Shown here: piece after piece, positions 51,130-63,059 of the stretch
Position numbering within the stretch: position 1 is the stretch's first letter
How the letters are laid out: each line of letters begins with the position of its first letter
Assembly (NCBI RefSeq): GCF_035594765.1
Contig: NC_085841.1
Coordinates: forward strand, 115,739,574 to 115,803,573
DNA: 64,000 nucleotides
Origin: Anolis carolinensis
Taxonomy: Eukaryota
Direction: 5' to 3'
Notes under the pieces: generated by a model
Databases searched by the model: none
The model's input: only the letters and a program-made list of their open reading frames with translations
Told to the model about the DNA's origin: nothing
Position numbers and translations under genes: made by a program

Positions 51130-51265
51130 TGTGTGTCAGGAGTGATATGAGAAACTGCAAGTCACTTCTGGAGTGAGAGAATTGGCCGTCTGCAAGGACG
51201 TTGCCCAGGGGATGCCCAGATGTTTTGATGTTTTACCATCCTTGTGGGAGGCTTCTCTCATGTCC
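51130..51265 (-). mobile_element. Headless Vingi 5'+3' module (non-autonomous Vingi or truncated SINE)
   Basis: Begins at GGACATGAGAGAAGCC; nested in a Tigger-like MITE. Confidence 0.7.
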
Positions 51266-51749
51266 TATAATAATAATTGAAAAATGTGTATATGCATAGG
51301 GAGACATTGTATGATGCAGATGGGACCCCAGTCTAATCATGAAATGCATTTATGTTTCATATACACTTTACACACATAGTCTAAATATAGTTTTATACAA
51401 TGTATTTTTAAAATAATGTGTCCATGGAACCAACTGAAAGCAAAGGTGACACTACTTTAACTGCCATGGCTTGATGCTATGGAATCATGAGAGTTTTAGT
51501 TTGGTGAGGCACCAGCACTCTTTGGCAGAGAAGGCTAAAGACCTTATAAAATGACAAGGGTGTCAAACCGCATGTATTCTACAGTGTAGATGCACCCAGG
51601 AAGGAAGTAACAAACCATCTTTGAACTATTCTTGCCAGAAGAAATGTGACAGATTCCTTTAAGGTCACCAAAAGTTAGAAATTACTTGAATACACACCAC
51701 AAGAATAAGTGATTCAGTGCTTCAAACTAAATGGAAATTTTGAGCAGAG

Positions 51750-53010
51750 TGGAACAGGGTTGTGTCTTGGAGCTATCAGTCCTCAACATTTCTATCAATT
51801 ATTCAAATAATGAGGTAGAGGAAATCCATATCAAGTTGCAGATGATACAAAACTGGAAAGGATAGTGAATATATTGAAAGTTAGGAACAGAACTGAAAAA
51901 TGGCCTTGATAAACTAGAAAATGGGGTGAAACTAAAGGAATGAAATTCAACAATCGGCTCTTCTACGTTTACCTAAAACCCTGGAGGAAGCAGGTTAAAA
52001 TAACCCACTTCCTCTTGGGTTTAATTCTCCCACAGCCTCGGATTTTCCCTCGGGAAGTGGAAAGCCGCCCCCCCCATCCTCCCTCCACCCCCCCCCCCCC
52101 AAAACTTACCGAATGAGCCTGTTGGCAGCACAGAGCCCTCCATAGAGTACTCTTGACCCTTGAAAATGATGCATCAGGAGGTGGGGGGAGGCTTCTTACC
52201 CACACCACCTCCGGACAAATTCTTTTCAAGCATCAAGAGGACTCTGCAGAGAGCCTTGCAGGGGAATGGGGGCCCTCTCGCGTTTTGAGGATCTAGAAGT
52301 CTGAAGAACCAGGATGGCTATGGGGATTGACTCCCGGGACTGCAGAAGTAGTCTTGGGAATCAATCTCCAAAGGGCCCACATCTGGAAAGATTGGAACCT
52401 TAGGTTAAGGCAGACATGGGCAAACAGAAGGCTGTTAGGAATTGTGGGAGTTGGAGTCCAAAACACCTGGAGGACTGAAGTTTGCCCATGCCTATCTTAA
52501 GGTCAGAATCTTTCCAGGTGTTTAATTAATGCGGAGTAAACTGGGAAAATCCAGTTTTCTCCTCATTAATTCAGTTTTACCTGAGGCATTGTTTGGACAC
52601 CTCAGATAAAAGCAAGATAAGTCCTGCATTTTGGGCCTGTCTGGAAGGGCCCAAAGGCATGTACAACGTGCTTCTTTTAGGCTTATGGAGGATTTTTGAC
52701 TTAGCTGTAGTACATGTGAGAAAGAGCTTAGGATTACTGTTGATCATAAAGTTTATAACCCAATAGTGTGATGCTGCATCAAAGAGGGAAAATACCGTAT
52801 ATACTCGAGTATAAGCCGACCCGAATATAAGCCAAGGCACCTAATTTTACCACAAAAACTGGGAAAACTTATTGACTCGAGTATAAGACAAGGGTGAATA
52901 GAAGGGTCTGGAGAAGAACCTGCTCGGGATGTTCGAGCTGGTGCTTCTGCATTGGGGAGGTCAGGGTAGACTCAATGGCTTATGAGGGTCCTTCCATCTC
53001 TAGGAATTCT
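51750..53010 (+). mobile_element. Old CR1 fragment with nested Harbinger-like, hAT and Tc2/pogo-like pieces
   Basis: CR1 RT traces (ADDTKL); TIR GGGCCTGTCTGGAAGGGCCC at ~52633-52652 mirrors 62613; TA-CCGTATATACTCGAGTATAAGCCG at 52795. Confidence 0.55.
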
Positions 53011-53083
53011 TTAATTCTACCCTATCCTAACCTACTAGCAATGAATTTGACTAACTGTGCCACTTCGCTAACTTTCCCAAGTA

Positions 53084-53413
53084 CAGTAGAGTCTCACTTA
53101 TCCAAGCCTCGCTTATCCAAGTTTCTGGATTATCCAAGCCATTTTTGTAGTCAATGTTTTCAGTATATCGTGATATTTTGATGCTAATTCGTAAATACAG
53201 TAATTGCAACATAACATTACTGCATATTGAACTGTGTTTTCTGTCAAATTTGTTGTAAAACATGATGTTTTGGTGCTTAATTTGTAAAATTGTAAAATCA
53301 TCACTTAATTTGATGTTTAATAGGCTTTTCCTTAATTCCTTCTTATTATCCAAGATATTCGCTTATCCAAGGTTCTGCCGGCCCATTTAGCTTGGATAAG
53401 TGAGACTCTACTG
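53084..53413. mobile_element. Tc1/pogo-type MITE
   Basis: Same TIR and TA TSD as 10213-10535. Confidence 0.88.
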
Positions 53414-53455
53414 TAGCTTGGTTCCTGTCTATCTAGTTATACCGACTGCTAAATA

Positions 53456-53720
53456 GGAGCCCCCAGTGGTGCAGCAGATTTAACTTCTGAGCTGCTGAAC
53501 TTGCACATCGGTGGTTCGAATCTGGGGAGTGGGGTGAGCTCCCACTGTTAGCCCCAGCTTCTGCTAACCGGTGGGAAGGTAACGGCGCTCCATGCAGTGA
53601 TTCTGGCCACATGACCTTGGAGGTGTCTACGGACAACGCAGACTCTTTGGCTTAGAAATGTAGATGAGCACAAACCTCCAGAGTCAGACACATGTCAGGG
53701 GAAAACCTTTACATTTACCT
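53456..53720 (+). mobile_element. Sauria SINE with internal deletions
   Basis: Head and ACCTTT tail. Confidence 0.82.
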
Positions 53721-53899
53721 TAATTGATAAATGAAAAATGGAGGGATTTGCAGAAGAGGCTCAAAAACTCATATTCTTATCTTTAAGGTTTTTCTTCTGA
53801 TCCCAGAAACTCAGAACTGTTTGGGTAGATACAGTTGTGGACGAAGGGGATCAATTTGTTTTCAGAAATTATTTTAAAACACAGAAGTAGGTCTGCTGC

Positions 53900-54420
53900 C
53901 TGGATGTGCTTCTGGATTCAAGCTCTGGGATCTCAGGTTTCAACAATGGCCAAAAAGGAGTGTGTTTGCACAGTTAAAAGTGTGTGTGCCAGTTGTGCCC
54001 ATTCCTTGAAATGTCAGTTCTAGCCTCAGTGACACAGGCCTTAGTTACATCGCAGTTGGATTACTGTAACACACATTTTGAGGAGTCTTTAGAAACTTCA
54101 ACTGGTCCAAAGAGCTGTGGACAGTTTGGTGCTATTCCTTTGGTGTCAGAGCTTCACTGGCTGCCAGACTGATTCTGACAATACAAAGTGCTGGTTTTGA
54201 CCCATAAAACCCCTTACAGCTTAAATCCAGGTTATTTGAAGGACTATAGTCTCGCTTATGAATGAACCCCTACTTTGAGATCTGCTCAGGAGGTCTTTCT
54301 CTCTGATCCATCACCTTCACACATACATCTGGTGAGAACACAGAAGAAGTGGCTGCCCCACTGAAAAGGTAGACAGACACCTTCCTTTTTTCTGTTTCAC
54401 AGGACCTTTGACAAGTGACT
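53900..54420 (+). mobile_element. Decayed L2 fragment
   Basis: QALVTSQLDYCN and ELHWLP motifs. Confidence 0.7.
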
Positions 54421-54793
54421 GTATATGTCCCATCTCATCCAAACAATATGCTTGATCCAGCTAGTTTTGGGCTGGGGTGTGTCTCTAGCCCCAGCAACAT
54501 TGCCATATAACCCAGTTTGAAACTACATTATATGGTCAGTGTAGACTTATACGATATAGTTTAACTGCATTGAACTGCATTATGAATCTACACTGACCAT
54601 ATAATGAAGCTTGAAACTGCATTATATGACAGTGTAGATGAGGCCTGTGTGTCTAATGACATACTGTATGTTGCAAATTTTTGTTAAATCTTGTTTTAAT
54701 TTTTGTATCCTGTGCAGTTTTAGCAATGTATTTTTTTAAACTTGTAAGCGCCTTTGAGTCCTGAAACAAGAGAAAAAAATGGGATTGAAATAA

Positions 54794-55508
54794 CCATCAG
54801 AACAAATGCAATTAAGGCCAAGATCAAAAAATCAGCTGATGACCCAAAATGCAGACTGTGCAAAGAAGCTGACGAAACCATTGATCATATCCTCAGCTGC
54901 TGTAAGAAAATTGCACAGACAGACTACAAACAGAGGCACAACTATGTGGCCCAAATGATTCATTGGAACTTATGCCTCAAGTACCACCTTCCTGCAGTAA
55001 AGAACTGGTGGGATCACAAACCTGCAAAAGTATTGGAGAATGAGCACGCAAAGATACTGTGGGACTTCCGAATCCAGCCTGACAAAGTTCTGGAACACAA
55101 CACACCAGACATCACAGTTGTGGAAAAGAAAAAGGTTTGGATCATTGATGTTGCCATCCCAGGTGACAGTCGCATTGACGAAAAACAACAGGAAAAACTC
55201 AGCCGCTATCAGGACCTCAAGATTAAACTTCAAAAACTCTGGCAGAAACAAGTGCAGGTGGTCCCGGTGATGATGGGCACACTGGGTGCCGTGCCAAAAG
55301 ATCTCAGCTGGCATTTGGAAACAATAGACATTGACAAAATTACAATCTGCCAACTGCAAAAGGCCACCCTACTGGGATCTGCACACATCATCCGAAAATA
55401 CATCACACAGTCCTAGACACTTGGGAAGTATTCGACTTGTGATTTTGTGATACGAAATCCAGCATATCTATCTTGTTTGCTGTGTCACAATAAAATAATA
55501 ATAATAAT
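54794..55508 (+). mobile_element. R4/Dong-clade non-LTR retrotransposon 3' fragment
   Basis: Open frame with CCHC knuckle (CRLC...HILSCC), RHN, restriction-like endonuclease (PDI...IDV...K); (TAA)n tail. Confidence 0.9.
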
Positions 55509-56231
55509 TGCAAATATAATAGTTCTACCTTATCTTAGTGAAACACACAGTTAAAAGGCTAATAATATTAATATTAATATTAATAATAATAATAACAACA
55601 ACTACTTTATTTGTATCCCGTCCTATCTCCACAATGGGGACTCAGGGCGGTTAACAGCATACAGCAGCAAATATTCATTAATCTAAGATAATTTAGAAAT
55701 GAAGGGCGGATTGCGATGTGTACCTCTTAATTCATGATTCTAGGAGACTATATATAGAAACTGTAGCAGAAAAAGATACAGTATTTTATTGTGATACAGG
55801 AATAATGGCGTGTGAAAAAAAAATCCATAATAGGCTATACTTCAAAGGAAAGAGCAGGCAAAACTTTGCCTAAGAAACCCCTATGACATTCATAAAATCT
55901 TTGGAAGTTGACTAGTGACTTGAAGGCGCGCACACACACACGCATTTAGCAAGGAGATACTGCCACCTAACAACAGAAAGGTAGAACTGAAACTGGCTTA
56001 CTTTGCAGGCTTCAATATATACAGTCAGGTGGCAATCTAATGAGTTGAATGGCATTTACTACAAGTAAATTCTGTATTGGATTAGAATCTCAGGAAGCAA
56101 CTGGGAGTCTATGGAAATGTTATACTCGATGACGGAGATGTTTCCATATAATATAGATTCGATTTCAATTGTATTCTAGAAAATAATTTTACTAAATACA
56201 TTGGAATCTTTCAATCTGTACTCATTACATG

Positions 56232-56465
56232 GAATCATGGAGTTAGAAGAGACCACATGGGCCATGTAGTCCAATTCCCTGCCATGCAGGAAAAGCACAA
56301 TGAAAGCTCCATCGACAGATAGCCATTCAGCCTCTGTTTAAAAACCTCCAATGAAGGAGCTTCCACAAGACCCGAAGGCAGCGAGTTCCACTGCTGAACA
56401 GCTCTCACAGTTAGGAAGTTATTCCTCATGTTCAAGTGGAATCTCCTTTCTGTAATTTGAACCCA
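56232..56465 (-). mobile_element. CR1 3' fragment
   Basis: NFLTVRAVQQWNSLP...VFKQRL. Confidence 0.85.
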
Positions 56466-57252
56466 GTGAAAAAGGAAGTGATTTAGGGCATTTAAGACAT
56501 CAGCATGTATTTATTCGGAAGAATTCAGATACCTTGGATGATACATTAATGTATAAATAGTATTTATGATTTTGTTAGTGGAATTGATTGTTTCGGAGGC
56601 TGATGGGTTTTCCTTCCTTGGAGGCCTTTAAATAGAGGTTGGATAGACATTTTTAGAAACAAAAAATAGTTTTAATTCTGAATGAAAACCTGAAGCCCCC
56701 ACCCCTCCAAAAAACAACAACAACCCCTGTCTGTTTCATAAAGGGCTATCTTGTACTTTCTGGTTCACTGGCTCCATCTGAACTCAGCAGAAATGAATTT
56801 TTCAGGATTAAATCATCCATGAATATCTTATGAAACAGATCTCTACCTATGCCAGAAGCATCAATGCTATAACATTATAGAAATGGAACGGAATAGCAGT
56901 CCAATCAAAGAACTCCATATAACATCCTGGTACTTGTGTTCTACTCCACTTATTTACACCTTGTCATCTTTCTAGAATTCAGATTCAAAGCAGTTTACAA
57001 ATTAAAATTATTACAGTATAGTTAAAACCACAAAGATCGGACATTATTGATACATTATTAATAGAACTTAAAAAAGAGATACCCTGGACCTGTTCTAAAG
57101 GGCTTTATCACCAACCTTTTGAATTGAGCCTACAGGTTATAACCTATTATATACAAACTATCACAAGCATTTTGTTATGAATGCTTTCTTATAGTAAAGA
57201 AAAGTTTGTTATCCCTAGTGTCTCGTTAATACCCTTTTGTACCTAATTCTAA

Positions 57253-57401
57253 GGCCCCTTCTACACTGCCATGTAATCCAGATTATCAAATCAGATAATC
57301 CAGATTATCTGCTTTGAACTGGATTATATGAGTCTACACTGCCAGATAATCCAGTTCAAAGCTGATAATCTGGATTTTATTTGGCAGTGCAGAAGGGGGC
57401 C
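57253..57401. mobile_element. PIF/Harbinger MITE
   Basis: TIR GGCCCCTTCTACACTGCCA; 3-bp TAA TSD at 57250-57252 and 57402-57404. Confidence 0.85.
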
Positions 57402-57791
57402 TAAGATGACTGGAAGTGCTAAACAGAAAGTTCTGTTATTTTCAGTTTACGAATAGGAAGGCTGATCCATTTTTTAAAAAGCTCAATTTCTCTATTTCTC
57501 TATTGAACTGGATTATCTGGCAGTGTAGACTCATGTAATTCAGTTCAAAGCAGGTAATGTGGATTATCTGCTTTGATAATCTGGATTATATGGCAGTGTA
57601 GAAGAGGCCTCAGAATTAGGTACAAAGGGTATTAACAAGGTAATCCACTTATGGTAAGATTGATTTGTTCCTTTTTGATCCAGTGAGTAATCTAATTCAG
57701 TCTGGATGTTCCCTATTATGTTTTTAAAAGGACATTCTCATGTATCTTATTTGTTTTGTTACAGCCTCTTGTCTCTCCAGAAGTAGAAGAA

Positions 57792-58589
57792 ATGAGCTGG
57801 GGATTTCTCCGTGATATTCTAAGTGGGGTGAATAAATATTCAACTGGAATCGGCAGAATTTGGCTGGCTATTGTGTTCATATTCCGCCTCCTTGTCTACG
57901 TTGTGGCTGCGGAACACGTCTGGAAGGACGAGCAGAAGGAGTTTGAGTGTAACATTAAGCAACCCGGCTGCGAAAATGTTTGTTTTGATCACTTCTTCCC
58001 TGTTTCCCAAGTCAGGCTCTGGGCCTTGCAACTGATTATGGTCTCCACCCCATCCCTTCTTGTCGTTCTCCACGTTGCTTATCGTGAAAATAGGGAAAAG
58101 AGACACAGAACAAAGCTCTACAAGGACCCTGGGAGTATGGATGGAGGATTGCTATGCACCTATCTAATCAGCCTCCTTTCCAAAACAGGATTTGAAATTG
58201 GTTTCCTCTTTTTGTTTTACAAGCTCTATGGCGGATTCAACGTCCCCCGCCTTGTGAAATGTAACATGAGTCCGTGTCCCAACACTGTTGACTGTTACAT
58301 ATCCAAGCCCACTGAGAAGAAAGTCTTCCTCTATATTGTGGTGGTGACTTCTTGCTTATGCATAGTCTTAAATGTCATTGAATTCAGCTATTTGATTTTC
58401 AAATATTCCATCAAATGTTGTTTCAAGAATTATATCAAGAAGGCTCAGGACTCCAAAAGTGAGCACAAGAAGTTGAATTCTACAGATCACAATGGGACAG
58501 TCTTGTATTTTGGGAGTGATTTGGACACAGTCTTTGATATCCATGGAACAGAAGTCAATACCCAGCCCAGCAGCCAACGTGAAGAATAA
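57792..58589 (+). CDS. GJB7: Gap junction beta-7 connexin (Cx25 orthologue), 265 aa
   Basis: [24 protein letters not shown]...; EL1 C-x6-C-x3-C and EL2 C-x4-C-x5-C; single coding exon preceded by splice acceptors (57765, 57780); position next to SMIM8 fits known synteny. Confidence 0.92.
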   Translation: MSWGFLRDILSGVNKYSTGIGRIWLAIVFIFRLLVYVVAAEHVWKDEQKEFECNIKQPGCENVCFDHFFPVSQVRLWALQLIMVSTPSLLVVLHVAYRENREKRHRTKLYKDPGSMDGGLLCTYLISLLSKTGFEIGFLFLFYKLYGGFNVPRLVKCNMSPCPNTVDCYISKPTEKKVFLYIVVVTSCLCIVLNVIEFSYLIFKYSIKCCFKNYIKKAQDSKSEHKKLNSTDHNGTVLYFGSDLDTVFDIHGTEVNTQPSSQREE

Positions 58590-58724
58590 AAGCACATGTT
58601 AAAAAGAAAACATGTTGGCGACTTTAAAAATGGGCCCTGAGAAAATACTATGACAGCTCAAGGACTTTAACCTGGAGGTTATTTCCCCCCACAAATGAAA
58701 TTAATTAAGGTTCAGAATATTAAG

Positions 58725-58937
58725 GAGCCAGTGTGATGTAGTGGTTTGAGCATTGGAGTAGGACTCTAGAGATGAGGGTTCATCCCCACTCAACCATGGA
58801 AACCTACTGAGTGACCTTGGTTAAGGCACATTCTCCCAGCCTCAAAGGAAGGCAAAAGCAACCCCTCCCAACACATCTTGCTGGAAAAACTGTGATAGGG
58901 TCACTATACGTTGGAAATGACTTGAAGGCACACAGCA
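58725..58937 (+). mobile_element. MIR/CORE-like SINE just downstream of the GJB7 stop
   Basis: tRNA-like head, GTGACCTTGG core, GACTTGAAGGCACACAGCA tail. Confidence 0.65.
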
Positions 58938-61900
58938 TAGTGACCCTCTTCTAAATCAATGTGTAAACATTTGATGCTTATCACAGAAAACATTGAAAAG
59001 GCCAGTAATTTAGGCATCTGCTTCCATTTCAAAGAGGTTTTTTTTGTCTTCAAAGACTTAAAAGCCACCCTGTTGAAATTTCCTTTTTCCTCCAGGAATA
59101 GGAAGCTGTTGTCTCTGCTGGTGGCCCATTGGCTTTGTCATCATGAGTTGAGGCATTCTCTGTGACACTCAGGGGTCCCCAAATTTTTGCAGTGGAAGCC
59201 CCTGCATTCTCCTCTAACTACAAATGTCAGGGGCTCCTGATAAATTCTTCAAGAGAAGTGTATAGTACTGCACATGCAAGCTTTACAAGATGGTAGAAAA
59301 AACTACTTCTCTTCCCGAGGGGCATTACTAAAGGGACAGAAGTTCCTACATAACCACCTATCCCCCACCAGTTTGCAGTGGCTAATCCTTTGTGTTTTCC
59401 AGATGGAATTAATGGGAAGCTCTTTGAGAAGATGCAGTCATTGACTACCCCCTTGATAATGTTTATTATTAGTACGTATTATATATAACAGAATATTTAT
59501 AGGGACAAGGGATAAGATCCAGTCTTTTGATTGGTAAGAAAGTGGACAAAAGAATGGGTGTTCAGCCTTTTAGAAATGGGCAGCAGCCCATCTGAAAGAA
59601 TAGGTGTGGAGGCTACCTGAACCCCCAGTTTTGTTAATGACTTATGAATAGCACAGTTGCAGCCAGGGCAGTTTTTATTAAGGTACACAGTTAAGTTCCT
59701 GTTGGATCACTACCGGGTGTGCGTGTTAAGAGGAAAAGGCTCACCCTGATTGATTGCAAACCACAAGTTGAGTACGTAATTAAGATCAATCAGTTTGGGC
59801 CACTCTGGGGTATAACCGAGGAGTGTTTGTCCTATGTTTTGGGCTTACTAAATGTTTGCTCCTGGGCTTGCTGAATCCTTGCTACTTGGTATAAGCTCCT
59901 GACTTGCAGTTTATCTTCATGTCCAAGTAAGGAACATTGAAAGAGACCTATTTTCTACTGGAAGAATTTCATGAATAAAATCCATGTTCTATATGTAAGT
60001 GCAATACTCAGAAGAACTGTGACTGTATTATTGGTTTGTGTTGAAGTTGCTATTTTCTTGAACTCTGCTTATACAAGAGTAAATTTGAGTTTTGCATTCT
60101 TCTATTTTGAGTTGCTGGTTTTTGAACAAACAATGGGGCTAATCTTCTGGACCTGCACGCACTGAACCAACTGCAACAGTTTTCACCAAATCTGTTCTCA
60201 ACGGGGACTGATCCAGCTATCGTTATATAGTCAGCAATGTTTGTGGGGGTGCTTTTGGGAATGTTTGGAAATGGCAACTGGCATAGAAGGCTGCTGGCGT
60301 TCCCTAAATGTATATTTTAATTCATCTGCACTGGCCTCCACATTGGTTCTGGGCCCAAATTTCATTTCTCCTTACTATCTTTCAAAGGGTATATGGTTTG
60401 GGTCCAAAGCATTTAAAGGAATGTCTCCTTGCATGTGATTCTATTTACTAAGATCTTCAGAGAAGGCTATCTTATCTCCAAGAGCTGTCTGAGGTTTGGT
60501 TGTCCTTTCTCAAGTCTTGGATTTCTGTTACACTCACAGGTCTTGTTAAAACCATCTGATTTCAATGTGGTTTTAAAAGTTTGATTAGTCCCTGCCCTCT
60601 TCATTTAGATTGCAAAGGTTATCTTCTGTTACAATTTTGTAATTTCTAACAATTGCTGGTTTGTCATTTTTCATTTTCTAGCATTTCATTGGTATTTTTA
60701 ATTATTTTGATTTTGTTGAGCTGCAGTGAAAAGAGAAGCAGCAAAATTAAAGTAAGAGAAATGTCTCCCACTGGTTTCAAATTGATAGTCAGAACTATGA
60801 TGGCTTGTTGCTACATCCTGCCAAAGGTAAAGCCAACAAGTCAGATAGTATATACTGTACCTCAGACTTCAGCTCAATATCGCCTCTCTGAGGCCATTAG
60901 CTCCAGTTCAGTAAGAAACTCATTTAACTTGAGAATTTTGCCTCTTCCACACCCCCTTCCCCTTCTTACATTTATATTTTGTCTGGCTCATATATAGTAT
61001 TAAACCAGTTTAGCATTGCTCTCAAAATCTCAGGTTCATGTCTTCCCTTGAGTGGAGGAGATGGTATGGAGAAGACTGGAAGTTTTCTTTTCCATTTTCA
61101 GTTGATAGCAGTTGGTTATTATGCAGACACTATGAGTTGGCATTCATTATACGGTAATTCAATAAAAACAGCCAGTTTTGAACTCTGCACAAATGTCATG
61201 GCATGTTTCACTAAACAGCTGGAAAGCAACTTTGTGCTTTCCAGCTGTTTGGGACAAGAAGTCCTATCAGACCTACTCCTCATAGGCAATGGCCAGGAAT
61301 TCTAAGAGTTGCAGTCCAATATCTGGATGGCACCAGATTGTCCATTCCTGAATTAAACCATTAACATTAACTTCATTATAAATTGATATCTAGTCTGCAG
61401 AGGAAGACAATGTATCAATTACACAAACAATAACTTGCTCATGCAACCACTTAGATACAGTATCCTGGTTTTGGATGCTCAGGTACCTGAACTGAAAGAA
61501 TGTTTGTTGCAGCCATATTCAATACACACTGCAAACTGACATACTTCAGACATGTTATCCAATATGGCTTAGCATAGTAATGCAATTCTGCTTGCAGACC
61601 TCTGCTAGCTCACGCCATATATACCACCTCTTGACTTACCATACAGCCCTTGAAGCCCCTTCCACATGTCCATTCCATGATTTATTGGGACAATTCAGGG
61701 TTAGAGAAATGTCTGGCTAAGCCCCGTAACCAGATCCAAAATGACTACATTAGTGTAGAGAGCTTCCAAGGTCTTCTGGATATTTCAGCATTCCTGGAAT
61801 CATTTTGTCTAGCTAAGGGGACATAATAGGACACTTTTCTGATCTTGTCTGCTCCCCACAAGATACTGTATTAGCCAGGAACTAATTTTCTAGGATGATT

Positions 61901-63059
61901 GGGTAGAAATGTGTTGGCCAGGCCCTGATAGAAAACAATGTTTCACCCTTCAAAAATTTATAATGACCCTAATCCAGTCTTTTTCTAACACCAACAGTAC
62001 AATGACATTTGTGGATCACTATTTCACCCCAGGAAGTAGCAAGACCTGTGATGTTAAAAGCAGTCAGTAAGAAAACTGGATTGGAGACTGAAGGTGCAGT
62101 AACTGCTACGGCTATTACAGAAAAATTATTATGGAACAATTCTTCTTATGCATCTTTCTGAGTTCCATGCAGCATGCCCTTATGGTTGTCCCTCCATATC
62201 CACAGATACTGTTATCTACAGATTCAACTTTTAAAACCCCTCAAATCTAAAGCTTGATTTTGCCATATTATATAAATATTGCCATTTTTTTGCAAATTGT
62301 ATATATTTTGCATAAATATTGATATCCACAGGGTGTCCAAGGACCAACACCCAGTGGAGACCAAGTCTCAATTCTGGAAAACAGATATATGAAGCAAGAG
62401 AAGGATCATAAGAGGAAGATATACTTTGATATTCATTGAATTTAGATGGGGAGATCATATGGTTTGCTAGTAGAATATGTATGTCTATAGATTAAAATTT
62501 TATTTCAAATAGTATCCTTGATACTCTAAAGAGAAGGGAGTGTTAGAAACCTGCATCACACACAGACAAAGCAATTCTCCAATGAACAGATGAATCTTAC
62601 TTTCAAAGCTGAGGGTCCTTCCAGACAGGCCCAAATCCTGAGAGAAACCAACATTTAAAATGCAGGTCACTCTTGGGTTTTAGGAGTAGCTATATCCTCC
62701 TGGGTCTACTAGCCCATCAGAAGCTTACTCCTAAAGACTTGCAGATGGAGGCAGGTCTCTCCAGTAAATTTGCTGGGAAAATGGGGATCTGGGAGGGGAG
62801 GGTGGCAGTGCCATCCTGGTTCTTCAGGCTCTTGGAGCCAAAATAACTGTGATGGCTGTGGAGATTCAGGATGGCAGAAGGTGATCCCAAGAGGCAATTC
62901 CCACAGGCCCCATACCTGGGAAGGTGTGGACCTTCCAGGGAAGTCCGCACCTTCCCAGGTATTTTTTTAACCTGTAGTAAACCTCAAAATCCAGGTTTAC
63001 TCCATGTTAAACCGGATTAACCTGAGGGGTATCACAGCTACAACCTATCTCTGCAGAGG

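Noticed and set aside
54754-55416. 220-aa nuclease ORF as a domesticated gene
   Set aside because: No ATG (TTG start in flank), 5'-truncated, and retains the element's 3' UTR and (TAA)n tail.
57756-57791. N-terminal extension of the connexin in the ORF track
   Set aside because: TTG start lies in the intronic pyrimidine tract; connexins start at MSW (57792).
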